A stretch of DNA of 35,568 nt from Patescibacteria group bacterium (lineage in GTDB: Bacteria > Patescibacteriota > Minisyncoccia > UBA6257). This document shows, in pieces, positions 35,301 through 35,568 of the stretch. Location: the NCBI GenBank assembly GCA_030917555.1, contig JAUPUN010000015.1:1-35568 (forward strand). The letters are read 5' to 3'. The notes beneath the pieces were generated by a model. The model had not been told where the DNA came from. It did not search any database and saw only the letters and a list, made by a program, of their open reading frames with translations. The position numbers were made by a program, and so were the translations under genes. Each line of letters starts with the position of its first letter. Positions within the stretch are counted from its first letter, which is position 1.

Positions 35301-35532
35301 CTCTCGCATTCAGAAAGTGAGAACCAAAATTGGGAAAATGATGGTTTTTACCCAGATTTCTGATTTTGATCATTCTATTGAAGTAGTACTTTATCCTACT
35401 GTCTTAGCCAACTGCGCCACCTATCTCTCGGAAGATCGGGTCATTTTAGTGGAAGGCAGACTTGATAAACGAAATGGAGAATATCAAATTGTGGGAGAAA
35501 GAATCGAAGAAATTAAGCCTTTTGAAGCCTAA
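32371..35532 (+). CDS. dnaE: DNA polymerase III alpha subunit
   Basis: PHP HLHVHSHYSLLDG, RGSAAGS, PDIDLD, YGFNKGH, OB fold; no intein visible. Confidence 0.98.
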   Translation: MYFTHLHVHSHYSLLDGLSKIDELLDLAKKMGLDALALTDHGVLYGAIEFYTKAKEKGIKPIIGCEVYLAPRALTDKTPKVDTKFYHLILLAKNQIGYHNLIKLVTIGELEGFYYKPRVDKAVLKKYSEGLIALSACLRGEISQVLSSGDWDRAQNLVAEYQDIFGKDNFYLELQDHPELPEQNKINELLLKLSELTGAPAVVTTDAHYPFKEDKRAHEVLLAVQTGSEAESEDRFTMVQADLHLKEPQEVFSRFSDHSELFENIRKIVEACNLELTLDQIVFPKFQTPNNEDSFKYLEKLARESFPHFYQDTNTEAKERLEHELSVIKETGFADYFLVIQDIIHFANENNILTNTRGSAAGSLVAYILGITHIDPIKYDLYFERFLNPERIEPPDIDLDVADDRRQDIIAYISGKYGQDHVAQVLTFGIMKSRLAVRDVNRALGHPYSLGDQIAKLIPQNLPLKEALKTIPELKELYETNEEAREVLEIAERLEGVARHASTHAAGVVITPEPIVNYAPLQHSSRNEKEIVTQYEMNSLKHIGLVKIDILGLANLTVIRNTLRIIKKVYGQEIDLDQLGFDDKKVYDLLSRGETIGVFQVESEGMRRYLKELKPNSLEDLTAMLALYRPGPMEFIPQFIKRKQGKEKITYLHPQLEDILGKTYGICVYQEQLMRIAHDLAGFSMAEADVLRKAVGKKIKSLLNEQKEKLIQGMTERGIKKQVAQQIWEWIEPFARYGFNKGHSSSYARITYETAWLKVHYPNAYLAALLTSDFGNLDRVAIEIKECERLGIRVLPPSVNYSFVEFGVDKDTGNIFFGLAAIKNVGTGVAQMIQEERQKNGPFKNLDDFLKRMPRQVLNRKTFESLIKSGALDCFGSRELMAENLDKILELSTSLNHQNTFQIGLFQEDTSDLLSRLGTPPPLNKTQRLMWEREYLGIYLTGHPLDDYKNILGKVALTVGQLDSLKLGKKVKVCGFVSRIQKVRTKIGKMMVFTQISDFDHSIEVVLYPTVLANCATYLSEDRVILVEGRLDKRNGEYQIVGERIEEIKPFEA

Positions 35533-35568
35533 TCAGTGAATTTAGAAAGTTCATTCTTATTTTTGAGC

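Noticed and set aside
14768-35532. Inteins or introns in recA, dnaE or gatB
   Set aside because: Normal lengths and contiguous motifs
1-35568. Genetic code 25 (UGA=Gly) as in Gracilibacteria/Absconditabacteria
   Set aside because: Conserved genes are uninterrupted in code 11, several end naturally at TGA, and an SPF-type RF2 is present

Overview
AT-rich housekeeping window read with the standard bacterial code (TGA is a stop). Gene content suggests Patescibacteria/CPR (Parcubacteria-like): short EF-Ts, rplK without rplA, coiled-coil lytic transglycosylase, RNHCP protein and almost no Shine-Dalgarno sites. It encodes tyrS, thiol-redox proteins, a gap-rpiB-rpe-tkt-tkt-aldolase operon, rplY, rpsR, ftsK, recA, rpsF, ssb, prfA, rpmE, rpsB, tsf, a tRNA cluster with rpmG, prfB, ftsEX, tRNA-Gln, NAD kinase, rubredoxin, secE-nusG-rplK, tmk, gatB, miaA, rnhB and dnaE. 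The standout is a nested tRNA: an intact tRNA-Thr(UGU), bracketed by a perfect 12-bp inverted repeat, sits inside the anticodon of a second, degenerate tRNA-Thr(UGU) shell (20233-20418). Also notable are an RF2 lacking its N-terminal domain, unusually similar RF1/RF2 GGQ domains, a candidate ~145-nt sRNA with its own promoter and terminator, near-leaderless promoters, and 7-mer/8-mer repeat families that invade coding sequences. All calls come from reading motifs by eye; no database search was run.
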